Positions 1 through 9,682 of a stretch of DNA of 64,000 bases are shown here, in pieces. This DNA is from Flavobacteriales bacterium (lineage in GTDB: Bacteria; Bacteroidota; Bacteroidia; Flavobacteriales_D; Sanyastnellaceae): the NCBI GenBank assembly GCA_029238785.1, contig JAQWFN010000007.1, forward strand, positions 3,497-67,496, in the 5' to 3' direction. The position numbers and the translations under genes are program-made. Each line of letters begins with the position of its first letter. The stretch's first letter is position 1. The notes beneath the pieces are model-generated. The model searched no databases. It had not been told where the DNA came from and saw only the letters and a program-made list of their open reading frames with translations.

Positions 1-404
1 GCCCTCCGAAAGTCGCCTATCACCGGCTTCCCTATTTGAGCAGCTATCAGTCCTAAATCGGCAATTTGAAGGGTGCGTTTTTTTTCTGGTTGATGAAAAA
101 TGGTTTGTCCGTGAATCGCCACCAAATCCACCGATTCATCGGCTTCACCCAGAAAAACATTTAAATGGGCCGCCCAGTGATGGCTGAGTTCATGCTCCAA
201 ATGCATGAGTTCTTCGGCCGACATCTCACGAGCGCGTCGCATTTTTTTGATGAGCTCTTGGGGGTAGGTTGTACCCTTAGCACGCAGAATCTCATAGCGC
301 CAATTTTGATCAACCCGCTCAAAAGCAGCGAGCACCATGTCCATACCATCAAGTGACGTTCCAGACATCACTCCTGCCGCAATTATGGAATTTTGAGACC
401 TCAT
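1..404 (-). CDS. anmK: Anhydro-N-acetylmuramic acid kinase, N-terminal part (the gene continues past the left window edge)
   Basis: My own reverse-strand translation from the ATG at 404 gives MRSQNSIIAAGVMSGTSLDGMDMVLAAFE..., which contains the AnmK N-terminal MSGTSLDG motif. The frame stays open to position 1. It is absent from the ORF track because it is truncated. Confidence 0.8.
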   Translation of the reverse strand, partial: MRSQNSIIAAGVMSGTSLDGMDMVLAAFERVDQNWRYEILRAKGTTYPQELIKKMRRAREMSAEELMHLEHELSHHWAAHLNVFLGEADESVDLVAIHGQTIFHQPEKKRTLQIADLGLIAAQIGKPVIGDFRR

Positions 405-505
405 TTCTATATCTAATTGTCTATTGCCCGTGAAAGCACTAAATTCGCAATCCGCAAGCAGAAGTTTGCATGCATCGAACAAATGTAGTTCAATATACAA
501 CAGAC

Positions 506-1648
506 ATGAATTTCGAACTTAGTGAAGAACAATTAGCCGTTAGAGACGCGGCAAGAGATTTTGCTCAAAACGTCCTAAAGCCAGGCGTTATCGCCCGCGA
601 CAACGAACAACGCTTTCCTGCAGAAGAGATAAAACAACTCGGTGAACTTGGGTTCATGGGAATGATGGTTGACCCAAAATACGGCGGATCAGGAATGGAT
701 ACCATTTCATACGTCCTCGCAATGGAAGAGCTTTCTAAAGTAGACGCTTCTTGCTCAGTAGTAGTTTCAGTGAACAACTCATTGGTTTGTTGGGGACTTG
801 AAAAATTTGGTAACGAAGAGCAAAAACAAAAGTACTTAACGCCACTCGCGAAGGGTGAGAAAATTGGTGCTTTTTGTTTGTCTGAACCAGAAGCAGGATC
901 TGACGCCACATCGCAAAGAACAACTGCCGTTGATATGGGAGATTACTACCTCCTTAACGGAACAAAAAACTGGATCACCAACGGAAGCAGCGCAAGCACT
1001 TACCTTGTCATTGCCCAAACCGACGTCGAAAAAGGTCACCGCGGAATCAACGCTTTGATTGTTGAGCGAGGAATGGAAGGCTTTATCGTTGGTGCGAAAG
1101 AAGATAAAATGGGGATCAGAGGTTCTGACACACACACCTTGATGTTCCAAGATGTGAAGGTGCCTAAAGCAAACCGCATTGGAGAAGATGGTTTCGGCTT
1201 CAAATTCGCCATGAAAACACTTTCTGGCGGACGAATTGGTATTGCTGCTCAAGCGCTTGGAATTGCTTCTGGCGCAATGGAATTGTCCCTCGCATATTCA
1301 AAAGAGCGCAAGGCTTTTGGTAAAGAAATCTCAAAACACCAAGCCATTGCCTTTAAATTGGCCGATATGGCAACCGATATCGAAGCAGCTCGCTTGCTTT
1401 GCTTCAAAGCCGCTTGGTTAAAAGACAATGGCAAAAATTACGACCAGGCCTCAGCGATGGCCAAGTTGTATGCATCTAGCGCTGCCATGAAGCACACTGT
1501 TGAAGCCGTACAGATCCACGGTGGATATGGTTTTGTTAAAGAATATCATGTTGAACGATTGATGAGAGATGCGAAAATTACGCAGATCTACGAAGGTACA
1601 AGTGAAGTTCAGAAGATTGTTATTTCAAGAGGCCTTCTCGCAGAATAA
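506..1648 (+). CDS. Acyl-CoA dehydrogenase (short/branched-chain type)
   Basis: The ORF-track entry is 470-1648. The conserved N-terminus MNFELSEEQLAVRDAARDF begins at the ATG at 506. ACAD motifs are present (GAFCLSEPEAGSD, YEGTSEVQ). Confidence 0.9.
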   Translation: MNFELSEEQLAVRDAARDFAQNVLKPGVIARDNEQRFPAEEIKQLGELGFMGMMVDPKYGGSGMDTISYVLAMEELSKVDASCSVVVSVNNSLVCWGLEKFGNEEQKQKYLTPLAKGEKIGAFCLSEPEAGSDATSQRTTAVDMGDYYLLNGTKNWITNGSSASTYLVIAQTDVEKGHRGINALIVERGMEGFIVGAKEDKMGIRGSDTHTLMFQDVKVPKANRIGEDGFGFKFAMKTLSGGRIGIAAQALGIASGAMELSLAYSKERKAFGKEISKHQAIAFKLADMATDIEAARLLCFKAAWLKDNGKNYDQASAMAKLYASSAAMKHTVEAVQIHGGYGFVKEYHVERLMRDAKITQIYEGTSEVQKIVISRGLLAE

Positions 1649-1684
1649 GGCTTTCACACAATACATTGTTCATTGAGAACAGAC

Positions 1685-1720
1685 AAACCGGGTGAGCTAA
1701 TGCTTGCCCGGTTTATTTTT
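1685..1720 (+). terminator. Rho-independent terminator after the acyl-CoA dehydrogenase gene
   Basis: Stem AAACCGGG (1685-1692) pairs with CCCGGTTT (1707-1714) and is followed by ATTTTT. Confidence 0.6.
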
Positions 1721-1725
1721 GTGCT

Positions 1726-4242
1726 ATGTTTTCCTTCGTGAAAAAATCAGCCCTATTTCTATTTGTCCTGGCTTTAGCCGTAGGTAGTGCTTGGTATTTC
1801 TTCAAACAGAATGAAGCACAAGCTCCGGTGCAAAACCCGCTGTTTGTGGTTCAAAATGAATTGGACCTGGCCGGACAAATCAACCAGCTTTCAAGACTCA
1901 GCGAACTGGAAAACGCCACTTGGCTCAAAACGCTTCAGGAAAACGAAAGCTGGGCAAATAAGCTAGCATTGCTCGACTTTCAAAGCGACTCCCCACTATA
2001 CTTCTTCACCACAAAAGCCGCTACAAATCAGCTCATTTTTGCCTTCGGTTTTCAGAATAATGAAAGGGCTGAAACCGCAATTCAGAAAGTATTTTCAGTC
2101 CTAGGAGCAAAGGGCAGCATCAATGGTGAAAACTTCGAAACCAATGGTAGCACAAAACTCTTCGGCACCTTCCACGAGGCTTGCGTTTTTGTGAGCAGCG
2201 CTCCTATTTCTCTCACTTGGGAAAAAGACAAAAACCCCTTTTTCACTCAAGACGACCTGAACGTTTGGGACACGCGTGCCGACCTCAACCTTTGGCTGAA
2301 TTCAGATTATGGGCATGTCAGCTCGGAAGGAGAAAAAACCACTTGCGCTTCGGCTTATTTTGCCGACCTCAATTTTCAAGAAAACGGCATCTCCATAACG
2401 GGATTAGCGCATCACCCAGAAGCAAAAAACTATTTATTTGGTGAGCGAAGATGGGGTCATGATTTAAAGCGCTATTTGCCCGAAAATGCAGTTCGCTTTC
2501 ATCAAGAACACGCCATCAGCCCAAAAAATCATTTAGAGCAATACCAAGCCAGGCTGGCTGAGAAGAATCAACTAAGCGCTCATAATGCCCGTCAAGCCGA
2601 ACTCGAACAAGAAAATGCGCTCGTACTTCAAGAAGTTTGTCTCGACTGGAGCACAGGTAGCATGATGCGTTTTGAGGCGAATAAAGCGCCATTTTTATTG
2701 CTTGAAATGGCCGACTCACTGGCCTTTGGTGAAGCCATCTCACAGTTACCAGATGTTTCGCTTCAAGCTGAAGAAGGGCATTTTTATTTCCGCTGGTCAG
2801 ACGATGCGCTTTGGCAAAACTGCCTTGCGCCTCCTTTTAACTTAGCCTTAAGCTGGGGTGTACTGCGAGGAAATGCCGTGGTTTTTGCCAACAGCCTCGA
2901 TGATCTTAAGTGGTATTCCCGACAGATGGACCGACAAGAATTGGAAGATTGGATCGACCAAAAAAGTGCCCCTATTGAAATTAAGCTTCAAACGAAAAAC
3001 GAAAGCAATCCCTTGGTAAATATCAACTTGAGTTTACAAGGTCTTGACTGGTCTGTGCTTCAAAATGCATTTAAAGAAATTGAACTGAGTATCGACTTAG
3101 AAGAAGATAAAAAATCGATTTTCCAGGCAAAACTCTTCGACGGAGAGAAAAGCAAGTCAGAAAGCGAGGGTCCGAACATCCGCTGGGAATACCTTGCTGA
3201 AGACCGCATTAGCTCATCTCCTGTTTGGTTAAAAGACCACAGAAGCAATGCCCACTATCTCGTATTCCAAGATGTCAAAAACAAGCTTGTAGCGCTCAAC
3301 GAGCAAGGCAAGAAAATATGGGAGAAGTCACTTCCGGGAGAGATCCAGAGTGAAATTACCCAAATCGACCTTTACAGAAACGGCAAGTTCCAAATCATTT
3401 TCAATACGGCTTCTTCTGTACATTGTATTGATGTGTTGGGGAAAGATGTTCCCGGTTATCCCTTGAACTTAAGCAGCGAAAGCAGCTCTCCATTAGCTGT
3501 TTTCGATTATGACGACAACCGCAAATACCGCTTCTTGATCGGCTTAAAAAATGGAAGTGTCATGAACTTCCAAGATGAAGGAAAGACAACTAAAGGTTGG
3601 AACTACAAGTCTAAAGGAAGTGCAATCAACGATCTTCGTCATATCAAGGCAGGCAACAAAGACTACATTTTCACCAAAGATGACGAAGGAAAAATAAGAT
3701 TACTGAAACGAAACGGAGAAGACCGATTCATCAGTAATGCTCAAGCACCCAAGCAGGCAAAAGAGCTCGACTTTTTCATGAAAGACAAAATTGATAACTC
3801 AAGTTTTGTGCTTAGCGACACTACAGGTCAAATCATAGAAATTCTCTTTGCTGATGGCACCAATGGCAGAATGACCGGCTTGGCCCATGCAGAGCATCTG
3901 CTGCTTGCCGACTTTGATGAAGACCGCTTGAACGACCTCATCTTGAGCAGTGGGCAGTCATTAGAAGTGTACAACAGTGCGAGACAGCGCATTTTAAAGT
4001 ATAAAAGCTCATCGCCCATCTCCCAAAAACCGCAAGTGTACAAATTCCCAGAGGGGAAACTCATTGGTTTATTGATGGGAGAAGAGAAAAGCATCATTTT
4101 CGTGGATGCTTCTGGCAACATGTACTTTAACAAAGCGCTGTTTGGGATGAGCATGCCTTCGATTCGCGATGCTAATGGAGATGGAACTTATGACATTGTA
4201 ACTCACGACGGAGGAAAGACCATCATCTGTTACAAATTCTAG
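1726..4242 (+). CDS. Hypothetical membrane-anchored protein with a beta-propeller-like C-terminal half
   Basis: 838-aa ORF. The N-terminal hydrophobic anchor is KSALFLFVLALAVGSAWYFF. The C-terminal ~350 aa consist of repeated strand-turn units ending in a DANGDGTYDIV (FG-GAP/VCBS-like) motif. I recognise no named family. Confidence 0.7.
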   Translation: MFSFVKKSALFLFVLALAVGSAWYFFKQNEAQAPVQNPLFVVQNELDLAGQINQLSRLSELENATWLKTLQENESWANKLALLDFQSDSPLYFFTTKAATNQLIFAFGFQNNERAETAIQKVFSVLGAKGSINGENFETNGSTKLFGTFHEACVFVSSAPISLTWEKDKNPFFTQDDLNVWDTRADLNLWLNSDYGHVSSEGEKTTCASAYFADLNFQENGISITGLAHHPEAKNYLFGERRWGHDLKRYLPENAVRFHQEHAISPKNHLEQYQARLAEKNQLSAHNARQAELEQENALVLQEVCLDWSTGSMMRFEANKAPFLLLEMADSLAFGEAISQLPDVSLQAEEGHFYFRWSDDALWQNCLAPPFNLALSWGVLRGNAVVFANSLDDLKWYSRQMDRQELEDWIDQKSAPIEIKLQTKNESNPLVNINLSLQGLDWSVLQNAFKEIELSIDLEEDKKSIFQAKLFDGEKSKSESEGPNIRWEYLAEDRISSSPVWLKDHRSNAHYLVFQDVKNKLVALNEQGKKIWEKSLPGEIQSEITQIDLYRNGKFQIIFNTASSVHCIDVLGKDVPGYPLNLSSESSSPLAVFDYDDNRKYRFLIGLKNGSVMNFQDEGKTTKGWNYKSKGSAINDLRHIKAGNKDYIFTKDDEGKIRLLKRNGEDRFISNAQAPKQAKELDFFMKDKIDNSSFVLSDTTGQIIEILFADGTNGRMTGLAHAEHLLLADFDEDRLNDLILSSGQSLEVYNSARQRILKYKSSSPISQKPQVYKFPEGKLIGLLMGEEKSIIFVDASGNMYFNKALFGMSMPSIRDANGDGTYDIVTHDGGKTIICYKF

Positions 4243-4249
4243 TGCTGTT

Positions 4250-6355
4250 TCAGGAAATTTTACTCCAATCTTTTCGCTGCTTGAGCGCCTTCTTCAAGCC
4301 GATGGCAATGAGGCTATTTTTTGGATCTGTTAAATCAGGATCCTCATCAATTAAAGCGATGGCCACCTGCCTTGCTCTAGAAAGCAGGACTTGATCTGTT
4401 GCCAGATTCGCCAATTTAAAATTCATGAGACCACTTTGTTGGGTACCCATAATGTCTCCTGGTCCGCGAAGTTCCAGATCCACCTCCGAAATCTTAAACC
4501 CATCGTTGGTGTCGCACATTGTTTTTATTCGAGTTCGTGCATCGGAACTGAGTTTTTGTCCGCTCATCAAAATGCAATAGCTCTGCTCTGCTCCTCGACC
4601 AACTCGTCCTCGTAATTGGTGAAGCTGCGACAATCCGAAACGCTCAGTGCTTTCAATCACCATCACACTAGCGTTAGGCACGTTCACGCCTACTTCAATC
4701 ACTGTTGTAGCTACAAGCAACTGGGTTTCGCCTCGGGCAAAGCGTTTCATTTCGTAGTCTTTATCTTCGGGCTTCATTTTCCCGTGAAGAATACTAATTT
4801 GATATTCCGGCATTGGGAAGCTCCTTGAAATGCTTTCATAACCGTCCATCAAATCCTTGTAATCCATGCTTTGGCTTTCTTCAATGAGCGGATAAACCAC
4901 GTACACCTGACGCCCCTTTTTGATCTCATCTTTTAGAAAGGCGAATACACTTAAGCGATGTGCATCTGTGCGGTGTACTGTTTTAATGGCCTTTCTGCCT
5001 GGTGGGAGCTCATCAATCACAGAAATGTCAAGATCACCATACATCGTCATGGCCAAAGTTCTTGGAATGGGCGTTGCGGTCATCACCAAAACGTGGGGTG
5101 GTAAAGTTGCTTTTGCCCATAGTTTTGCTCTTTGCGCCACACCAAAGCGGTGTTGTTCGTCGATAATGGCCATTCCCAAGCATTTGAATTTTACTTTAGG
5201 TTCAATAAGTGCATGGGTCCCAATAAGAATATTGATTTCGCCTGATTCCAAGCCTTCGTGAATGGCTCTTCGGGCTGCTGTTTTCACTGATCCTGTGAGC
5301 AAAGCCACCTTCGCAGGCAATTCAGCGAGCATTTTCTGAAAGCCCTCGTAGTGTTGTTGCGCCAAGATTTCGGTGGGTGCCATCAAACACACTTGATAAC
5401 CGTTGTCTATCGCTAGGAGTCCGGCCAAAAGGGCTACAATCGTCTTCCCACTTCCCACATCTCCTTGAATCAAACGGTTCATGTGATAGCCAGAATTCAC
5501 ATCAAGTCGAACTTCCTTCATCACCCGTTTTTGAGCTCCGGTGAGTTCAAAGCCCAAGTGCTTTTGATAGAAGTCAGTAAAAAGCTCACCTACTTTCGGG
5601 AATCGGGCTCCAAGGGTTCTTTTGGTGTTCACCAATTTTTGCCGAAGTAAGACCAGTTGTAAGAAGAAAAGCTCTTCAAACTTTAAACGTTCAAGCGCTG
5701 CAAGGTAGTCTTCAATACGCTGAGGAGCGTGCATGTTAATGATGGCCGTTCTTCTACTGGGAAAGCCTAAAGAGGCAATCATGCTTTCTGGAAGCGTCTC
5801 TTCGATATTTGCGGGGAGTTGTGCTATTGCATTTCGAAGCACCTTGGAGATGCCTGCGCTGTTTAAGCCTTTTTTACCCAGTTTTTCTGATGAAGAATAA
5901 ACAGCTTGAAATCGACCTCCTTCCAGTTTCTCAACGTTGCTCGCTACTTCTAAATCTGGATGAGCGATGTTCCATGTGCCTTTAAACTGAGTAGGCTTTC
6001 CATAGATCACATACTCAAGATCTGCTTTGATTTTTGGTTTCACCCATTTAATGCCCTTGAACCAGAGCAATTCAATCTGACCCGTGTCGTCTTGGAATGT
6101 GGCGCTCAAGCGGGTAGCTCTTCCGGTACCAAGTTCTTTTAAGCGAACAATTCGGCCTTTAAGTTGAATACTAAAAGCCTCTGAATCAATGCTAGTTACC
6201 GTATGAAAGACAGTTCTATCGATATGCCTGAAGGGGTAGTACTCCAGTAAGTCGCTCATTTTATAAATCCCAAGTTCTGATTTAAAAGCATCTGCCCTGC
6301 TTGGGCCAACGCCTTTTACATATTCTATGGGTGTATCTAGAAAGCTTTGATTCAT
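4250..6355 (-). CDS. recG: ATP-dependent DNA helicase RecG
   Basis: 701 aa with Walker A GDVGSGKT, DEQH box IIDEQHRFG, and the TATPIPRT and QLRGRVGRG motifs. Confidence 0.95.
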   Translation of the reverse strand: MNQSFLDTPIEYVKGVGPSRADAFKSELGIYKMSDLLEYYPFRHIDRTVFHTVTSIDSEAFSIQLKGRIVRLKELGTGRATRLSATFQDDTGQIELLWFKGIKWVKPKIKADLEYVIYGKPTQFKGTWNIAHPDLEVASNVEKLEGGRFQAVYSSSEKLGKKGLNSAGISKVLRNAIAQLPANIEETLPESMIASLGFPSRRTAIINMHAPQRIEDYLAALERLKFEELFFLQLVLLRQKLVNTKRTLGARFPKVGELFTDFYQKHLGFELTGAQKRVMKEVRLDVNSGYHMNRLIQGDVGSGKTIVALLAGLLAIDNGYQVCLMAPTEILAQQHYEGFQKMLAELPAKVALLTGSVKTAARRAIHEGLESGEINILIGTHALIEPKVKFKCLGMAIIDEQHRFGVAQRAKLWAKATLPPHVLVMTATPIPRTLAMTMYGDLDISVIDELPPGRKAIKTVHRTDAHRLSVFAFLKDEIKKGRQVYVVYPLIEESQSMDYKDLMDGYESISRSFPMPEYQISILHGKMKPEDKDYEMKRFARGETQLLVATTVIEVGVNVPNASVMVIESTERFGLSQLHQLRGRVGRGAEQSYCILMSGQKLSSDARTRIKTMCDTNDGFKISEVDLELRGPGDIMGTQQSGLMNFKLANLATDQVLLSRARQVAIALIDEDPDLTDPKNSLIAIGLKKALKQRKDWSKIS

Positions 6356-6554
6356 GATTGCTGCGAAGATAAAGCATCAGGAATAGAAATTTTCCCTTAT
6401 TCACAAAGTGAACATGACTTGAGCCAGAATAATACCATCAATTGTTTCGATTTACCTCACAAGAGGTTTATTGACAAAAGAAAAAATATCAGTGATAAAA
6501 TTCTTGTGCAAGCTATTAGCCCTTAATATATATTCGTTTTGCTGGTTGGCAGGC

Positions 6555-6577
6555 GGGGGTGGGGGGCTAGGGTGGGG
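6555..6577 (+). other. Canonical G-quadruplex-forming motif (G5-T-G6-CTA-G3-T-G4)
   Basis: Direct read gives GGGGGTGGGGGGCTAGGGTGGGG, which satisfies G3+N1-7 repeated four times. It lies in non-coding DNA between the recG start and the pdh terminator. Confidence 0.6.
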
Positions 6578-6644
6578 CCCTGGAAGGGCTGTGTTTTGAC
6601 GGGTCAGAACTTGACCTTTTTTTAAAATTAGTAATTCTTTAATA

Positions 6645-6676
6645 AAGAAAAAAGCCCCCGTTAGAAACGGAGGCTT
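6645..6676 (-). terminator. Rho-independent terminator of the pdhA-E2 operon
   Basis: On the minus strand, GCCTCCG-TTTCTAA-CGGGGGC is followed by TTTTTTCTTT, about 25 nt after the E2 stop codon. Confidence 0.65.
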
Positions 6677-6699
6677 TCAAAATAATTTCAAGCTGTTTA

Positions 6700-7965
6700 T
6701 TAAACCAACATCATAATCGGGTTCTCCAACATGCCTTTAAATGTTTGCAAGAACGCCGCTCCACTGGCTCCATCAACCACACGGTGATCGCAAGACAAAG
6801 TTACCTTCATCACATTTCCTGGAACAACTTCTCCGTTCTTCACCACAGGAACTTGTTGAATTCCACCTACGGCAAGAATACAAGCGTCTGGCGGGTTCAC
6901 AATGGCCGTGAACTCTTCTATACCGAACATTCCTAAATTAGAAATGGTAAAGGTATTGCCTTCCCAATCTTGTGGTTGTAATTTCTTCGATTTTGCTTTC
7001 TGAGCGAAGTCTTTTACTTCTGCATTGATCACACTCATCGGTTTTGCGTCTGCAAATCGAACCACAGGCACCAACAAACCGTCTTCAACAGCAACGGCTA
7101 CACCAATGTGCACGTGCTCATTGTAACGAATTTTATCACCCAACCAAGATGAATTCACAGCAGGGTGCTTTTTCAAGGCAATGGCTGCTGCTTTGATTAC
7201 CATATCGTTGAAGGAAATGCGAACATCTTCATTCGAATTGGCCATTTTTCTTGCCGCCATGGCGTTGTCCATATCAATTGACACGGTCAAGTAGAAATGC
7301 GGAGCTGTAAACTTACTTTCAGCTAAACGACGCGCAATGGTTTTTCTCATTTGAGAAACAGCAACCTCAGTATAGCTCTCCTGACCTGAAACAGCAGCAA
7401 AAGATGTTGCAGCACTTTGCGCAGCAGGAACAAAATTCTCAACGTCTCTTTTCACAACGCGTCCACCATCTCCAGAGCCCGATACTTGCTCAAGATTGAT
7501 GCCCTTGTCTTCTGCAATTTTCTTAGCCAAAGGCGAAGCCTTAACCCTGCCGTTAGAAGGTGTGCTCGCCACTGCCGCTGCAACTGGTGCCGGACTAGGC
7601 GCTGGAGCTGGAGCTGGAGTAGCTGCTGGTGCTGGACTTGGTGTTACTTCTTTTGGCGTCTCAACCGGAGCAGCTTCTTGAACTGCAGCCTCCTGATCGC
7701 CGGCCAATAAGGCAGAAATGTCTTCACCCTTCTCTCCAAGCACACAAAGAATGCTATCCACAGGAGCGCTTTGGCCCTTTTCTACTCCAATATGAAGTAA
7801 AACACCGTCTTGGAAAGATTCAAACTCCATCGTTGCCTTGTCGGTTTCGATTTCAGCAAGAAGTTCTCCTGATTCAACTTCGTCTCCAACTTTTTTATGC
7901 CATTCAGCTACCACTCCTTCTGTCATGGTATCACTCAATTTAGGCATGCGTACAATTTCCGCCAT
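6700..7965 (-). CDS. Dihydrolipoamide acetyltransferase (E2 of the pyruvate dehydrogenase complex)
   Basis: 421 aa with a lipoyl domain (ETDKATMEFE), an Ala/Pro linker, a subunit-binding domain and the catalytic DHRVVDGA motif. Confidence 0.9.
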   Translation of the reverse strand: MAEIVRMPKLSDTMTEGVVAEWHKKVGDEVESGELLAEIETDKATMEFESFQDGVLLHIGVEKGQSAPVDSILCVLGEKGEDISALLAGDQEAAVQEAAPVETPKEVTPSPAPAATPAPAPAPSPAPVAAAVASTPSNGRVKASPLAKKIAEDKGINLEQVSGSGDGGRVVKRDVENFVPAAQSAATSFAAVSGQESYTEVAVSQMRKTIARRLAESKFTAPHFYLTVSIDMDNAMAARKMANSNEDVRISFNDMVIKAAAIALKKHPAVNSSWLGDKIRYNEHVHIGVAVAVEDGLLVPVVRFADAKPMSVINAEVKDFAQKAKSKKLQPQDWEGNTFTISNLGMFGIEEFTAIVNPPDACILAVGGIQQVPVVKNGEVVPGNVMKVTLSCDHRVVDGASGAAFLQTFKGMLENPIMMLV

Positions 7966-7988
7966 TGCTTAGTTTCTTTCTAAAATGA

Positions 7989-9041
7989 TTAATCTTTTAC
8001 AAAAGGATAGTCTTCCTGCATGTAAACATCTTCGTATATCTCATGTGCCTCTGGGTATGGCGACTCTTCAGCGAACTGAACAGACTCTTCAACCAAAGCC
8101 TTTACATTCTCTTGAACATCTTTGATTTCAGCTTCAGACATCCATTTGTTATCCTTGATCACATCCAAAACATAAACAATCGGATCTTTCTCTTGGTACT
8201 CTTTAACTTCCTCTTTCGTTCTGTACTTCTGTGGGTCAGACATCGAGTGTCCTTTATACCTGTAAGTCTGAATATCCAATAGTGTTGGACCTTCTCCCTT
8301 CCTCGCTCTTTCTGCAGCCCTTGCGAAAGCTTCCGCTACTGCTTCTGGTCGCATTCCATCTACAGATTCACTTGGCATCTCAAAGCTTAAACCCAACTTT
8401 TTCAAGTCAGTAACATTTGAAGTACGCTCAACAGAAGTACCCATGGCGTAATTGTTATTCTCAATCACATAAATCACGGGAAGTTTCCAGGTCATGGCCA
8501 TGTTGAATGTTTCCCACAATGAACCCTGACGTGCAGCTCCATCACCAAAGAAACAAGCGGTAACGTGATCTTCATTTCTGTACTTATCGGCAAATGCAAT
8601 ACCTGCTCCAAGAGGAATTTGTCCTCCCACAATTCCGTGTCCTCCAAAAAGGTTTCGCTCTTTATCAAACATGTGCATTGAGCCTCCTTTACCTTTCGTA
8701 CAACCGGTTACTTTACCATATAACTCAGCCATGACATACTTAGGGTGCATGCCCAAAGCAATGGGATGCGCGTGATCCCTGTACGCCGTAATGTAGCGAT
8801 CAGTGGGTTTCAATGACTCAGTCATTCCCGCCAAAACCGCTTCTTGACCAATATATAAGTGACAGAAACCACCAAACTTTTGTTGGATGTACAACTGTCC
8901 GCATTTTTCCTCAAACTTTCTCATCAAAAGCATATCCTTATACCACTTGATGTAGGTTTCTTTTGAAAAAGCTGGCTTAGCCTTTTTACTACGGGCAGTG
9001 CTACTTCTTTTGCTTGCACTTTTTGCTGCTTCTGTCGCCAT
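7989..9041 (-). CDS. pdhA: Pyruvate dehydrogenase E1 component, alpha subunit
   Basis: 350 aa with the ThDP-binding region FFGDGAARQGSLWETFNMA...IENNNYAMGT. It lies immediately upstream of E2. Confidence 0.9.
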   Translation of the reverse strand: MATEAAKSASKRSSTARSKKAKPAFSKETYIKWYKDMLLMRKFEEKCGQLYIQQKFGGFCHLYIGQEAVLAGMTESLKPTDRYITAYRDHAHPIALGMHPKYVMAELYGKVTGCTKGKGGSMHMFDKERNLFGGHGIVGGQIPLGAGIAFADKYRNEDHVTACFFGDGAARQGSLWETFNMAMTWKLPVIYVIENNNYAMGTSVERTSNVTDLKKLGLSFEMPSESVDGMRPEAVAEAFARAAERARKGEGPTLLDIQTYRYKGHSMSDPQKYRTKEEVKEYQEKDPIVYVLDVIKDNKWMSEAEIKDVQENVKALVEESVQFAEESPYPEAHEIYEDVYMQEDYPFVKD

Positions 9042-9104
9042 AATATTATCTCGTTAATGCAATGAATCAACAAATATAGAACACCCAAGTTTCATTGCCA
9101 TTAT

Positions 9105-9593
9105 TTATGGGGCTTTTTTCAAATCTTCTTTCGAGAAATGAAGTGGCAAGAGGCTGCGAGCATCAGACAAAGTGTACACTGTACCCTTTCTAGCTGATAA
9201 AAGGAAATGGATGGCTGGTTTTTGATTGGTCTGATATTCCAAAATCACCTGTCTGCAAGCCCCACATGGAGCTACAGGCGAACTCAACTCCTCGTGATGC
9301 GTAACTATCGCAATGCTTTCCACTGCTGCATCAGGGTATCGAGACTTGGCCGCAAAGAGCGCTACTCGCTCCGCACATAAGCCAGAAGGATATGCTGCAT
9401 TCTCTTGATTAGTGCCCTCAACAACTTCTCCGTTAGATAATTTCACAGCCGCTGCTACCCGAAAATTTGAATAAGGAGCATAAGCCCTTTCCAATGCACT
9501 TCGCGCACTACTTAATAGCGCTTGATCTTCAGTACTCATTGAAGAGTCATCTTCATGCACTTCAAGATCAAATGTTATTGTTTTCTTTATCAT
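9105..9593 (-). CDS. cdd: Cytidine deaminase
   Basis: 162 aa with zinc-ligand motifs CAERVALF and PCGACRQ. Confidence 0.9.
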   Translation of the reverse strand: MIKKTITFDLEVHEDDSSMSTEDQALLSSARSALERAYAPYSNFRVAAAVKLSNGEVVEGTNQENAAYPSGLCAERVALFAAKSRYPDAAVESIAIVTHHEELSSPVAPCGACRQVILEYQTNQKPAIHFLLSARKGTVYTLSDARSLLPLHFSKEDLKKAP

Positions 9594-9682
9594 AAGCCAA
9601 TTCCCATTTTTATTGGGGAAGAACTTCCTTTAATTGTATTCTCACCAAGTGTACGCTAAATATTCTATTTTTAGCACTGCCT

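Noticed and set aside
7555-7704. A GC-rich, repetitive tract (gctggagctggagctggagtagctgctggtgctgg...) that looks like a microsatellite or repeat element.
   Set aside because: It encodes the Ala/Pro-rich flexible linker (PSPAPAATPAPAPAPSPAPVAAAVA) between the lipoyl and subunit-binding domains of E2, a normal feature of 2-oxoacid dehydrogenase E2 proteins.
6700-9041. An apparently incomplete pyruvate dehydrogenase operon with E1-alpha and E2 but no E1-beta.
   Set aside because: As far as I recall, Flavobacteriia commonly encode pdhB elsewhere on the chromosome. Its absence from a 64-kb window is not evidence of loss.
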